Assembly: GCA_038087875.1 (NCBI GenBank)
Contig: CM075990.1
Coordinates: 9,610,001 to 9,674,000 of the forward strand
Length of the DNA: 64,000 nucleotides
Direction: 5' to 3'
Source: Malacoraja senta
Taxonomy: Eukaryota
Below are positions 12,940 through 25,830 of the stretch, in pieces. Position 1 is the stretch's first letter. Each line of letters opens with the position of its first letter. The translations under genes were made by a program, and so were the position numbers. The notes beneath the pieces were generated by a model. It did not search any database, was not told the DNA's origin, and saw nothing but the letters and a program-made list of their open reading frames with translations.

Positions 12940-13930
12940 GCTGAGGAGTTATGAATGGTATTAAACATCCTGCGTTTTCTTGTAATAGCAGGGTGGTCAC
13001 TGATGGAGCTGCTGAATATGGCTGTGTCTTGGACTCTCTTCTTGGGAACTCCAGCAGTACTCTCCTGGGGCTGAGATGATCAGCCCCCAACATCCACAAC
13101 CATCTTGTATGGTGCAAAGCATGATATTGACCATTGAAGTGTTTCCCCCCCTTACAGCCCATTGACTTTAGTTTTACAAAGCTTTTTGATGTCACACGTA
13201 CTATCATGATGACATAGCAGTCACTCTCATCGCAATGTGAAATCAGTTCCCTGGTTCTTGTTGGGACAAAGTCTGTCATGGAACCCAGCCATCCTGGTGA
13301 ATGTGAGACAGGAGGTAAATGGAGAGTATATACCATTGGATAGCACTGTCGGCACCTTCCATCGCTTTAGAACAAGCACCGGTCGTGAAATTTCATGTAA
13401 ATATATCATGTCACAGATAGGTCATCTCCAGAGGAGGAGTCTATGACTCCCCAAAGCTATTCCGCTATCTAAATGCAACTCAGAAGCATAACGTCATAAT
13501 CTTTACCTGCCTAGAGTGGTTCAGTGCCAGGAATTTTGAAGAAGCTCAACACTATCCAGGACAAAACAGGTCATCATTTTGTTATCATTCCATCCACCAC
13601 CCTAAGGATTCACACCCTTCAATAACAAGTGCATAATTACTGCAAACTGTGGTCCATTGGCAAGAATCCTTTGGAAGCATCTCCTAAACCAGAAAGTCCA
13701 CCATTGGAAAGTCAAAGATAGCAGATGACTGTGAACAGAACCACTTCCAACCTGTTTAAGTGTTAAGTGTTAATCCTGTTAAGTGATACTTGCATGAAGC
13801 TTTGCTGGGACAGAACAACGAAAAAGCACAGTGGAAGTACCTTCAACATATAGATTTCAGTGGTGTATAAATAAGGCAGCTCAGGGGTAATTTGAGATGA
13901 GTATTTAATGTTGGTCTTATCTGTGATGCT
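12940..13930. mobile_element. Old, degenerate LINE fragments (both orientations; family unresolved)
   Basis: Segments such as gaagctcaacactatccaggacaaa and cattccatccaccac recur at 51000-51870; related tails lie at about 1080-1340 and 12290-12560. Confidence 0.45.
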
Positions 13931-14392
13931 TATATCTGGGGAATGGAAAAAAAAAACATACTTGATGATTGCTCATTGTATTTTTCACAAAGTCAAGGTG
14001 AGGTCTAGTTGCTTCTTGGAAGAAGCAGAACTATAGGCAGGGGGTATTTTCACTGAAGGAATCCAGTCCCCACCTCTAAGGTATAAAATAACTTTATCCT
14101 TTTCGACTTCAGATGAATTCTTCTCGATTTATCCTGTTGCAGTTTTATCTTCCTGCCACTGATGTACTGCAGTGTCCCCAGTGGTGAAATGTGGTATAAC
14201 AGACCAATGAGGTTCTAATCAGCGAGTTCCTTTCTAATAAAAGTAACTTGTAATTTATATTTGGGAAGTTCACAGGCCACTCATGGAGATGGGAGATTGT
14301 GAATCTGGAAAACATATTTGTAAACACCCTGCCTCTGGCATCATTCCATCAGACTTACGTTCTCATACCTCAGAGCACCACATGAGCAGATT

Positions 14393-14486
14393 GGGTCTGA
14401 AGAAGGGTTTCGGCCCGAAACGTTGCTAATTTCCTTCGCTCCATAGATGCTGCTGCACCCGCTGAGTTTCTCCAGCATTTTTGTGT
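14393..14486 (+). mobile_element. Penelope-derived short element with hammerhead-like core
   Basis: CTGAAGA-A-GGGT-TTCG-GCCC-GAAA-CGTT at 14397-14424; 13-bp TSD ACATGAGCAGATT at 14380-14392 and 14487-14499. Confidence 0.8.
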
Positions 14487-15100
14487 ACATGAGCAGATTC
14501 CACAGGTTCTCAGTCTGACATGTGCACCCTTTACACCACCAGGTGATCAATCCTCAATAGGTGGTTTGCCCCTTTACATCAATTCACCAGCACAGTGCCT
14601 AACCTGTGCCTTAGAAGGAACATACAAGTTCAAACAATGGAGGTACAAGAGACTATAGATGCTGGAATCTGCAGCAAAAAGCAAATTGCTGTAGGAATTC
14701 ATCGGGGTGGGCAGCATCCGTAGAAAGAAGTGAATTGTCGATGATTTGGGTCAAGATCCTCCATCAGGATTGAGAGTCGATTACTTTCCCTTCACAGAAA
14801 CGTCAACCATTCCCTTCTGTCCACAGATACTGCTCAACCCGTTGAGTCTCTCCAGCAGTTTATTTACTTGAGGTCACACAGTCGATGTGCTTCTGATCCC
14901 GTCTGAGCTTTAGTGCACAATTTGGCCAGAGAAGCAGGGTTTTTAATCTTACATCTCGGGCACTATCTTTGCTCAGCTACTCAAAGACACTTAGGGCAAT
15001 CAGCTTTCCATTTCTTTGCCAATCCTACTCAGTCTCTGTGTGGAGATCATTTAATGCAGCTGGCATCATTGATTCGCCTGGTCTGCATGTATTTCCTCAG

Positions 15101-15437
15101 CCGCAGTGGTGTAGTTGGCAGAGTCGATGTCTTACAGTGCCAGAGACCCAAGTTCAATCCTGTCCTCAGGTGCTGTCTGAGGAGAGCTTGCATGTTCTCG
15201 CTGTGAATGCATAGGTTTTCTTCAAGTGCTCCAGTTTCCTCCTATGTTCTAGACAGGCAGGGTGGAAATTGGGCACAGGAAATTGCCCCTTGTGATAGAT
15301 TCTGGGAGCACTGATAAGAATTTGGGGAGAATAAATAAAATCGATTAATGCAGTCTATGTGTAAAAAGGTGGCTGATGACCAACAAGGAACTCAGTGGGC
15401 CGAAGAGGCTGTTTCTATGCTGCATTCTCTATGACTC
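15101..15437 (+). mobile_element. tRNA-derived V-SINE (HE1-like)
   Basis: A-box-like TGGTGTAGTTGG, B-box-like AGTTCAATCC, V-domain-like core (gcatgttctc...ggttttc...gctccagtttcctcc) and CR1-like tail. Confidence 0.65.
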
Positions 15438-15734
15438 AGATCACAGAATGCAGATACACTGTTGAGTTTCTCAGGGTTTCGAGGCGGTCTTTTAATTTTC
15501 AAAGAATGTGTTAAAGCATTTCATTGTGAAGATTAAGTCAGTAGTGTGACAAAGACTTTGCCCATGGGTTGTTGAAAGAAATATTTTGTGTATAAATGCC
15601 AGCTATTTAAATAATTAATCTTGGTGTTGCTAAATACAGGGCGATGGAAAATTAAGTAACTCCTGTGTATAGTTACTGTATACCCTCCTGGTTCAGGTAT
15701 GGTTTGTGTTAGTAACGACATTGTCAACTCATAC

Positions 15735-15828
15735 GTCTGAAGAAGGGTTTCGGCCCGAAACGTTACCTATTTCCTTCGCTCCATAGATGCTGCTGCACCC
15801 GCTGAGTTTCTCCAGCATTTTTGTGTAC
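15735..15828 (+). mobile_element. Penelope-derived short element with hammerhead-like core
   Basis: Near-identical to 14393-14486; core at 15737-15765. Confidence 0.8.
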
Positions 15829-16820
15829 CCCCAGTATCAATGCAGCTTCTGAGGAAGGCAGCCATCAAGGATTTGGGTCCTTTGCCATTAGGATAACCCA
15901 TTGTTAATTGAGATGAGCTTGTGAAATATAATCCCATTTTAATTTGGGATATACTGCAGCCACTTTGTGCTCAACAAGGGATCACCAACATAATAACCAG
16001 GTAATCGACGTAAGTGAAGTAGAAAACGCTAGAGTTCTGATGAACCTGAAATATTAACTCTGTTTCTCTCTCTTCAGATACTACCTGACCTGCTGAGTAT
16101 CTCCAACATTTTCTGTTTACATTTACATTTATTCAGCATTTTGAGTTTCTATTTTGTTTTTTTACTGGTATTATTTGGGTGATCAATATTGCCCTGGGCA
16201 CCAGGGAGAATGCCATGTCCCTTTTTCTATGACCACCTGAGAGGGAGAAGGTTTATGACCTCATTTGAAATTCTGCAACAGAGCCGTATCCCTGTGGAGA
16301 ACCAGTCTAGTTTTTTGAGCTTTGATTTTGGGGTGGTATTTGTACCCAGAATCTGACTCGGAGAGCACCAGCTCACTGAGAGTTAATATCAGGCAGCAGA
16401 ATCGGAGGAATCTCCACGCTGTCTTACGCCATTACTTTGTTCCCCTCTGATGGTAATTCTCCATAAGGGCAGAAGATTCAAACCACGACACTCCTTTTTT
16501 CCACTGTCCTGGACCGAGATACTGTCCAACACTTCACAAACTGAGATTACAACAAGCATTTTGTTTAAAACAGATCTTTCATCACTTCTCAGTTAATGTC
16601 TTCCATATCACTTTCCATTTGTGATTAAAACCAATGTAGCATACCATGAAGAATATGTGAGGGATTGTTGTTGTTTTGAACAAGGCTGATTAAGGAAAAT
16701 ACCCTTTGGAGCTGCGGGATTATTTTGTTACACTTGGAATCTCGGATGTATAATTCTCTTGTGTTCACAGTAATGTTTCAGAAGCTTATTAGTTTATTCC
16801 TTTGTGTTCTGACATTGCAG

Positions 16821-19750
16821 AGTTACATCGGAGTGAAAGTGTGCAGGAGAAGCAAGCGAAGGAGGCCAGGACAAAATGCAAGACCATCGCATCTCTCCTC
16901 ACCTCTGCACCAAACCCTCACTCAAAGGGGGTTCTTATGTTTAAGAAGCGCCGTCAAAGGGCAAAGAAGTACACCCTCGTTAGTTATGGAAGTGTAGACG
17001 AGGAGAAGCAGAGTATGGACGAGGACGGGGAACTGCTGCCTACCAGTGAGTCTGAATTTGACGAAGAGGCGTTTTCTGATGCAAAAAGTTTGACAAATCA
17101 GTCAATGGGATCAGACTGGGACAGTTCTTACCTGGACATTGAAAAGCCCAAATCTGAACCCCATGGTCTAACTGCAACCAAAGGGAAGGGTGTTATATTA
17201 TTTGAACATCAGAGACAACGAGCAAATGAATATGTATTGGAGGAACCTCCAATTCAGACACAACACAATCTACCAATGAAACCAAAGACAGAGGCTGAAG
17301 TGATGAGGTGCAGCACAATGAATGGAGTCCCTGCCTGGTCCAGGAGTACGACTGCGTGTGCTGGGAATCCAGCCTCGGACCCATTGAACTACTATTCAGA
17401 AATGAATCTGTCGCCAATAGTACGTGCAGAGACCAGTTTGCCAAGGCCGAGTGGGCAGCACCATTCACAGCACATCGTACAAGGTCCCCCTGGCCTACCT
17501 GGGGTGGCAAATTGGACAGCAAGACCATTTACTCCAGGTTGTCAACAGAGCCATGTGAGTCCTGTACACTCTGTCTGTGCTCCAGTGCTATATCGACAAG
17601 GTACTACGAATACAGCTCCTGTCAAACCCTGGGAACAAGCTGCTGTGCAAAACAAACCCACAAAACCTTTCTCACCTCCAGCAGCGGCAGTCGCCAGGCC
17701 AACTGTGAATGCCATCCCTCAACCTGAACCAAAGAAAGCTTCAGTGCCAATGAGAATGGGAACCCATTATTTGCCAGCAGCTGTTTTAATATCAGCACCA
17801 CCACCACCACCTGCTGTGATGCCACATCCACCTCTTGTGATGTCACCACCACCTGCTGTGATGTCACCACCACCTGCTGTGATGTCGCCTCCACCTCCTG
17901 TGATGTCACAACCATCTGCTGTGATGTCAGCTCCACCTCTTGTGATGTCACCACCACCTGCTGTGATGTCACCACCACCTGCTGTGATGTCACCACCACC
18001 TGCTGTGATGTCACCACCACCTGCTGTGATGTCACCACCACCTGCTGTGATGTCACCACCACCTCCTGTGATGTCACCACCTGCTGTGATATCACCTCCA
18101 CCTCCTGTGATGTCACCACCTGCTGTGATGTCACCTCCACCTGCTGTGACGTCACCACCAACCACAGCCACTTTACCATCGTCTACAACAATGACAACAG
18201 AATGCACAGCGATGCCAACACTGGCCGCGGTGACCTCGCCAAAGCCGGCGGTGATGGTGTCATCAATCATGGCGATGTCACCACCATGCGCAGCAATGTC
18301 AGCAGATTGTACCATGGCATCACCACCAGCTGCAGTGATGTCACCACCACCGGCAGTGATGTCGCCGCCACCTGCAGTGATGTCACCACCACCATTGATG
18401 ACGTCACTATTCACAGCAACTCCATATTCGCCACCTCAGGCTCCGGTCACCAGCACCGCTACCTTTCGCATTTCCTCAACATTGCTGCCACAGAAAAGGA
18501 GCGAAGCCCCTCCTGAAGCCGTAGTGAACGCTCCTTCCATTGCGAGCACGTCATCAACAGCTTGGACATCCAACCAGCCATCTGAGAGCTTGGCCACAAG
18601 AGAGCAACGAATTTCAGTGCCCGCTTCTAAAACTGGCATTTTGCAAGAGGCACGTCGCAGAAGCACCAGGAAGCCGATGTTTACAAAGACTGAACAGAAA
18701 AAAACCTCACCAAACCCTGAACTTCTTTCCATGGTACAAAACCTGGATGAAAAGAAGCCAGATCATATTGGAGCAGGATTTGAATCAGGACCTGAAGAAG
18801 ACTTTTTGAGTCTTGGTGCCGAAGCTTCTAATTTTATGCAGTCTCAGGCACGCAGGCAAAGTATACCTCCTCCAGTAGCCCCAAAGCCTCATTTAAAGCC
18901 TCAGTTAGTTGGCGGTTGTTATCCGGTGGTGAATGGAACCGATACATCAGCAACCCTGCAGTCGAAAGGAAAAGGGGCAGAACTTTTTGCAAAGAGACAA
19001 AGTCGCATGGACAAATTTATTGTTGATTCAGTGCCAACCCACTCTTCCCAGCCAAGAGGACCATCTCCCACTCCTTCCCTTCCTGCTACATGGAAATATT
19101 CTCCCAACATCCGGGCTCCACCACCAATCGGTTATAACCCCATTTATTCCCCATCATATCCATTAGCAGCCAGCAAGTCCCAAACAATCCCCAAAGCAGA
19201 GAAGAAGTGGAGGCCAGGAGGGAACCAAAAGGTGGGAATAAAAGCCATTGATTTCATGAGACGTCAGCCTTATCAATTAAATCCGGGCATGTTCAGTTTC
19301 GATGAATCCACCTTGAGATCACAAGGGTGGTCAGGATGTGCTCCAACCACGCCACAAGGCCAACAATCCTTTATCTCCACAAAGCAAGTCCCTGTGAAGA
19401 CAGCAAGAGCGTTCGAGATCAGACGCTTCTCAACCCCAGTGCCGACCATCACTCCCACAGTTATTGCCCCGCGGTCAGCCACCACACTCGCTGAACCTGT
19501 GTGGATGTCGGCGCCAAACTCCCCCCCACCGGTATCAGCCAAAGTATCTTACAGCAATGGGCTGGCTCACCAACACTGGAGAGCAGCTGGAGACAGTTCG
19601 GAAGTGGCCTTTGAACCGTCAGTTCTTCAATTCCCGTCCAGGGAAGATATGCAAAAGAAGCCATCGGTCCCCACCCCTAGACCGAGGTTCTCAGCTGTGA
19701 GAGGTGGAGGCGGTGGACATACATGGAGACCTGGTTCAATCCAGGAATGA
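16821..19750 (+). CDS. SYNPO2L: Synaptopodin 2-like, large terminal coding exon
   Basis: ttgcag|AG phase-1 acceptor, open to TGA at 19748-19750. Synaptopodin-family blocks KCKTIASLLTSAPNPHSKGVLMFKKRRQRAKKYTLVS, PTSESEFDEEAFSDA, KTGILQEARRR, SPNPELLSMVQ, GPEEDFLSLGAEA, GKGAELFAKRQSRM, WKYSPNIRAPPPIGYNP and PRPRFSA..WRPG. Adjacency to MYOZ1 supports SYNPO2L rather than SYNPO2. Confidence 0.95.
17800..18400 (+). repeat. Coding 21-bp minisatellite (CCACCTGCTGTGATGTCACCA; PPAVMSP heptad)
   Basis: About 17 units at 17800-18160, a degenerate spacer, then 3-4 more units at 18320-18400; a few 18-bp units; frame preserved throughout. Confidence 0.95.
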
Positions 19751-19834
19751 AAGAGTGTTTGTGCATTCTTGATTCTTAGTGGATAGGTGAAGAATTTCCA
19801 ACAAAAAGAGGACTCTGATCCTGATAGAAAAGGA

Positions 19835-20200
19835 AGATTTACATTTATGTAATCACCTCTCTGGACACCCCAAATTATTTACAGTTTTGATGTGCGTCAC
19901 AGTGTAGGAAGCACAGCAAGCTCCCATGAGTAGCAATATGATGGTAACCAGATTATCTGGTTTTAGGTTTTAGTTGCGGGGTAGATTATTAGCCAGGGTG
20001 CGCAGGTTTTCCCACCCATGTTTTTTTTTGTTTCAAATTGGCACCGTGCCCTCTTGAACATTCATCCAAGTGGGGCAAATGAGATGGTCTCTGTAGGGCC
20101 CCTGGTAGAGCAGAGCTGTTTCAGTCCTGCACTGGCATATGTTGACATGTAGTCAAGTCTCTGAGAGGGACAAAGACTCACGCATTCAAGAACGCTGCCA
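19835..20200 (-). mobile_element. Degenerate ancient SINE (possibly DeuSINE/SacSINE1-like) in the SYNPO2L 3' UTR
   Basis: Motif order (ttacatttat..., acagcaagctccca, accagattatctg, ttagccagg, cctgcactgg, tcaagtctctg) resembles a shark SINE from memory; a related remnant lies at about 16170-16380. Confidence 0.35.
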
Positions 20201-23200
20201 CTTGCATCTAAAGACCTGCCATTCTAAATCTAAGTGATTTTTCATAGAGCTCTATAATAAGGATTTACAACCATATAATGTTGTTTAAAATTTAATAGTT
20301 AATTGTTTTGCATTAACTGCAGGAATAGACCTCTTTATATCCAAAAAATGCAGCGGAGATGGAGATGGAGGTCATCTTGAGGTCTCTCTATGCATTGCAA
20401 TTCTTTATTAAAACCTGTCAGAGTTCTGATTGATAAAACACAGTGGGCCACAGAATGAAATATCTTTCTTCCCAGAATATCTTCCTTGGAACACAAAGGA
20501 AGCACATCATCATGGTTTACAATTAGCTGAATTTACACCGTGTAGTGTGACATTGATATATTTATGAAAGATTCTTTTTCAGTGCACATGGAATTCCATT
20601 TTTTACTGTGTGATAAGCAATACATACACATTCAATGTTTCAACCGAACAAGCAGAAATTCCCAGAGCAATGGAAAAGGATTTCAAGAGTGAATATTTTC
20701 AGAGGAATATATGGATTTGGTTAAGTTCCTGGTAGTGGTGCCTAGCGTGAGTTATGAATGATCACACCAACAATCGCAGGCACGTGGCAATAGAATTAGA
20801 TTGTTATTCCTGTTCGGCAGCAGACTGATTGTGATGACATTTTGGGAGGTAAAGATAAACATCAGGAGATTCTCAGGAAAATCCAACACAAAATGGTGTG
20901 ATTGTTCTTTCTCAGACAAATGCTGTATCTGCAGTTGAGGAAACAGAACCAACTCCGGCGCGGTTGATTGTCAGTTTCGACTTGTTTCTAAATTAATCTT
21001 CCATTTATATAAAGGGTGACTGAGTTGTCAATGATCTGGCACCATACTTTCAAGTGGAATTGAGCTTTAATTCATCAATTGTGTAATACCAGTTAGCTCT
21101 TAAGGATAGGTGCAATGTCCATCCACTCCAAATTTACACGGACAAATTTCCCATTGTTGCCACCTTTAGATATTGTTCAATTGTCAAACTGGAGTGAAGA
21201 CGTCGTCACCTGATCACACACTTAGCTGATCAATCATGTGCCGTGCTTCAGATGTAAACACCACTCTATCAAAGGACAAAAATTGCTCCGATAAAGTGCT
21301 CTAACACATTTCAGTGGGAAAATACAAATTGTATTATTTATTCAAATCACGCAATTTGTTCCTAAGTTATACTCGGGCAGAGCCAAATACCAACTGTAGA
21401 TCTTATTATTGATAACAACATACTCTTAATGATAAAGCTAATTTTTGGAAGCCAGAGTGCAAAATGTGCAGTGCTATTCTTAAACAAGTGATATAAAACG
21501 GACTGTATTTGTTGCTAAACAATTAAGATGTATGAAGACATGGTTACATTGTGATGATATGAAGTAACTATGGTCAGAAATGAGGGAATCGATTGGAAAT
21601 GCAAGGCAGATTGGATCAGATGGGACATGGGTGATCTTGGTTTCTGTATGTAGAGATGGGAAGCAGAGTAAATGGAACTGGGGATTAGTTCAATAATTTG
21701 AGCTGGTTTAAGGTGTAATGTTCGATAATGCAAGGGTTAATCATTTGCAAAGATTAATAATTTGTAAATGTTTTCTTCATGCTATGGGTTTTGCCCAACC
21801 ACTGAGACTTAACACATATTGGAGTTCAGTAGAAAAAATCTTCACTTTTTGCAATTTCACACAAAACTGATAAGTGCCTTGATTATTAGCATTGCCAAAC
21901 TGAAGAGTTTAATATCAGTTTTGGCTTGCAAAGCTACTGTGATTTGAAAGCCGTCAATCTCACTTGCTTTACTGTAATTCTCCATCATCACTAATTTGCA
22001 TTTAGCTTTGAAGAAAATGGGCTCAGGAGATTTACGGTAACTCGTGTTCTTGTTCGATTGCTCTCTTCATGTGTCCTAGTGAGGCTCTACACAAAACATT
22101 CAGCAAGGGATGAATACCAAATCATTCAATAATAACCTGGAAATCAAAGGCAAAATATTGGATCTGGAAATATGAAATAAAAACAAAAACTGCTTGAAAT
22201 GCTCATTGGCATTAATTCTGTTCCTCATCACAAATAAACAATAACTCTGGATCAGGTTTTCGAGATGAAGTTCCATTGCCAAGCTGTTGACCTTAAATAG
22301 TTAATTGTTTTTCCCCAGATAAGCTGCCAGGCTGACTGAGCATTCCCAGCACCTTTTGTCTTTAATTCTCAGTCATTTCCAGACAAAAGCGCCTTTACAG
22401 GGTCTGAGTGCTTTGTTAGGAGTGTCTTTGGAGCTACAGATTTTCCATAAATGAATAACATGCATATCCCCATATAGGTTTTATAGCACTTTGGCTACTG
22501 TAAGTGAAGCAACACAGCTCTGCACTTTACGAATACCAATAGATGTGTCTTATTCATTAGATGTTTAGCCTTTGTGCAAATTATATGCATTTCTTGCAGT
22601 TTTAATGTTCACTGTGCTATGTATGCTGATGTAAAATAATAAAATGTGAATAATTGATACATTTGAAGGTGCTGTGAGAATGAATATGTGACTAGCAGGT
22701 GTGGAGTGGGTTACAACTGCATCTTTGGAACAAGCTAAGGTGGGCGATGAAGGACATTGTTTGGCTCTTTTCAAAGGAGCTGGATCATTATCTTCCCAGG
22801 AATATCGACATATCAATGCACAAGCACACCTTTTGTTCTTTCTTGCTCTAAGGCTGTGAGTCTTCCAAGATGGTCTGGAATCTGCAGGAATTGCAAATCT
22901 CCAAGAAATTGCTGGATGAAACTCTGGGAAAACAAATTTCAGGGACAACAAAAATATATAACAATGTAGGGCAAATAGATTGCTTGAAGAATGGAGATTA
23001 TGCAAAGAAATCTCCAGGAATATAACAGTCCAGAGCTGGTAACTGATAATTTCCTTCTTTGAAGAAAGTTTAGTTTTATTTGCTGCAAAGATGGGGACAA
23101 TTTACCCTTTTCATTTTTTTATTGGATGTGGGCATTCCTTTTAATGACGTATCCCTAATTATCCTAGAGAAGGCTTCTTAGAAATTTCTTGAGACCTTCT

Positions 23201-23419
23201 GATGAAGGTACACCTTGGTTCAGGAGTTCCAGCTTTTGAACCAGTGGCAAAGTAGGGATGGAAATTATGTTTTCAAGTCTAAATAGTCTATGACTTGGAG
23301 TAGAAAACCTGCAACTGGTGGCTTTCTCTTACATCTATATGCTTCTACATAGCAAAGATTGCAAGTTTAGAAGGTGTTAGCCTGGGTGACTAATTGTGTA
23401 TTTTGTGGATAGTGCAAGT

Positions 23420-24010
23420 TGGGTCTATTTTCTTTGGTGTTTAGAAGAATGTTTGGGTCTATTTTCTTTGGTGTTTAGAAGAATGAAGGCTTACCTTATT
23501 GCAACATATAAGGTCCTGGTGAACCCCTTACTTTAAAAAGAACATGGTAACATTGGAGGCTGTCCAAAGGAGATTCCACGGGCAGGATTGTCCTGAAAGA
23601 AAGGTTAGATGGTTTGGTTTCATTCCTTAGAGTTTAAAAAACGGAGTCATGACTTTTTCAAATCTAGAAGATCTTAAGGGGGCTTGGCAGGGTAGATATT
23701 GGGATGTTTTCACTAGTAGAGAGTCATGAACAAGGTTACAAGATAAGAGACCAATCATTTAAAAACTGAGATACATGGAAATTCTTCTTTCAGAAGGTAG
23801 TGAATGTCTGGAATTATTTTCTCCTATGATGGCCAGATCGTTAGATATATTTATATAATATGATAAATATTAACAGATCAAGGAATTGAGGACTAAGGGG
23901 AATAGGTACAGAAGAGGAGCAGAGATCAGTACAGATCAACTGTGATTGTGTTGAATGGGAGGGCAAGTTTGGGACCTGATGGCCTACTTGTGCTTCTCTT
24001 TCCATGTGTT
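23420..24010 (+). mobile_element. Degenerate CR1 LINE 3' fragment
   Basis: ttggaggctgtccaaaggagattc (LEAVQRRF-like) and a CR1 tail ending gatggcctacttgtgcttc. Confidence 0.6.
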
Positions 24011-24559
24011 CTTGTAAGGGTTTTACTGAGGTCACCTTCACACTGAATTCGTAAGGTGGTAGGTTCTGAACTCTTACTTTCCTGTATTTTATGATTCCAG
24101 TGAGCGGACCACAAAGTTGTTCCCACGCCGAACTTGTAGATGGTGGAAAGGCTTTGGGGAGAGGGCAGATGAGTGACTCGCTGGAGCCTTGATGACTGGG
24201 AATGAAGGGGAATTCCATCCACGAGGGAGGGATTTGCTCGTCTGTTTTGGGCACAGCCTTTCCCATTGTGAAGTGACGGGGGCAAAGCAGGGTATTGTTT
24301 GTGCTGGCAATTCTTCCAACAAGGCGCAGCAGGCAGACGGATATGTAGCAATCCATCGTCAGCTCGCAACTGCCAGGTTCCCCGCTGCCTAGGAGCAAGG
24401 TGACGTAAGGGATAAAATTACCTCCAGCGATGGACAGAATGAAATCAAAGTAGGAGTCAAACATGAAGGGAACTGCGAACCTGTCACAAAACACACAAGG
24501 ATTATTGACCGGGCAGCTGTCATGAATACCAACAGGGGCAGTAAACATACTGTAGCATT

Positions 24560-25830
24560 GAGCTCAAGGAGCAGGTTAGCACATCATATGATAACGTGAA
24601 GCGTTGCAACCCACCATGTGATAGTGCACCACTAACAGTACGTAGTATGAGCCCACACCATGCACACCACTAGTGAACAGTGTGGCAGTGGACAGGATAC
24701 AACAGTGGATAGGACGTGTGACTGAACTGCCAGACAGTGTACTGTGTGACCGTAGACAGGGTGGGAGGATACACTGCCTGATGGTATATAAGTTGTGAGA
24801 GTGCACTTGCTGATGGTGTATAATGTGAGAATTTGCAGGGGTGACGGTAGATAGAGTTCCACCTAACAAGGGGACTGCCAGGCAGTGCTCGGCAAGGGAG
24901 TATGTCAAATACATTGCATGTCAGTACAGTGTGACAGAACACAATCTGATGAAGCAAACCCTGTAAGAGGAGAGTATGAGTGTGACAGGGCACTGTATGA
25001 AGCCTTGTGTGTCTCGAACAGGTGATATTATTCTGCTCAACGTATGCCAGGGCAACATGTGACAGTGCAATGTGTGAAGGTGATGCACTGTATAATTTGA
25101 CCAAACATCGAGTGACAATAAACATCGATTTGAAAATAAAAGTGTGTTTACATATTTACAATATGTCCATTTCCATCAGAATATATACTGTATATAAATC
25201 AAATTCAAATTAAAACACAAGCAATCTAGTGACGGTGCAGCTTTCAATAATAATTTCAATAATAAATGTTAGTATCATGTGTGACAATGCACCTTGTGAA
25301 AGAAAGAGCATAACTTGTGACAGAGTGCTGTGTAACAATAATGTGAAAGTGCCACAATGAAGCATGTGAGAGAACAGGAGTGCAAGATGTGACTGACGAC
25401 AGGACAGCCAAAAAACACTTGACAATTACATCGGTACAATGCATTATGTGATTTTGTAACATGACGGTTTGCTGGAACAAAGTACGACAGTGTAATGTGT
25501 GACACTGCTGGGCATGGCTGTGGAATAATACAATGCGACTCGACAGCACAGCTTGCAACACTTACAGGCTGATAGAGCAATGAGTTTCAGTGCACCATTT
25601 GATAACAAAACAGTGCAACAAACATGACAGGGCCACATAGGAACAAGCAACATTTGAGAGAATAACACGTGACAATGCATGAAATGCAATAATGCAACTG
25701 GTGACAACACAACGTGTGATAATATTCAATGCCATGACATGCATAACAGAATGCATGACAGCACAAAATATGGCAGTGAAATGTGTATCAATGTGACTGC
25801 ACTGTATGTGACAGTGGAGTAAGTGGTCTG
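24560..25830. repeat. Degenerate GTGACA-rich satellite-like region
   Basis: At least 14 TGACA occurrences with recurring flanks (tgtgaca, gcaacatg, cagcac); a short similar patch at about 27760-27900. Confidence 0.6.

Noticed and set aside
16802-16820. ORF-track starts at 16802 (also 7989, 6924, 35055, 40758, 43655, 52229)
   Set aside because: These are intronic read-through or internal codons; the true boundaries are the splice sites given in the features.
17800-18160. Regular repeat array resembling a CRISPR
   Set aside because: No unique spacers, eukaryotic context, and it lies in frame within an exon.
17622-18414. Antisense ORFs with (GGGDITA)n and (VVVTSQQ)n repeats
   Set aside because: These are shadow frames of the stop-free 21-bp SYNPO2L coding repeat; no independent gene signals.
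23841-24548. 235-aa minus-strand ORF
   Set aside because: No recognisable domain, it runs into a CR1 remnant, and no supporting exon structure is visible.
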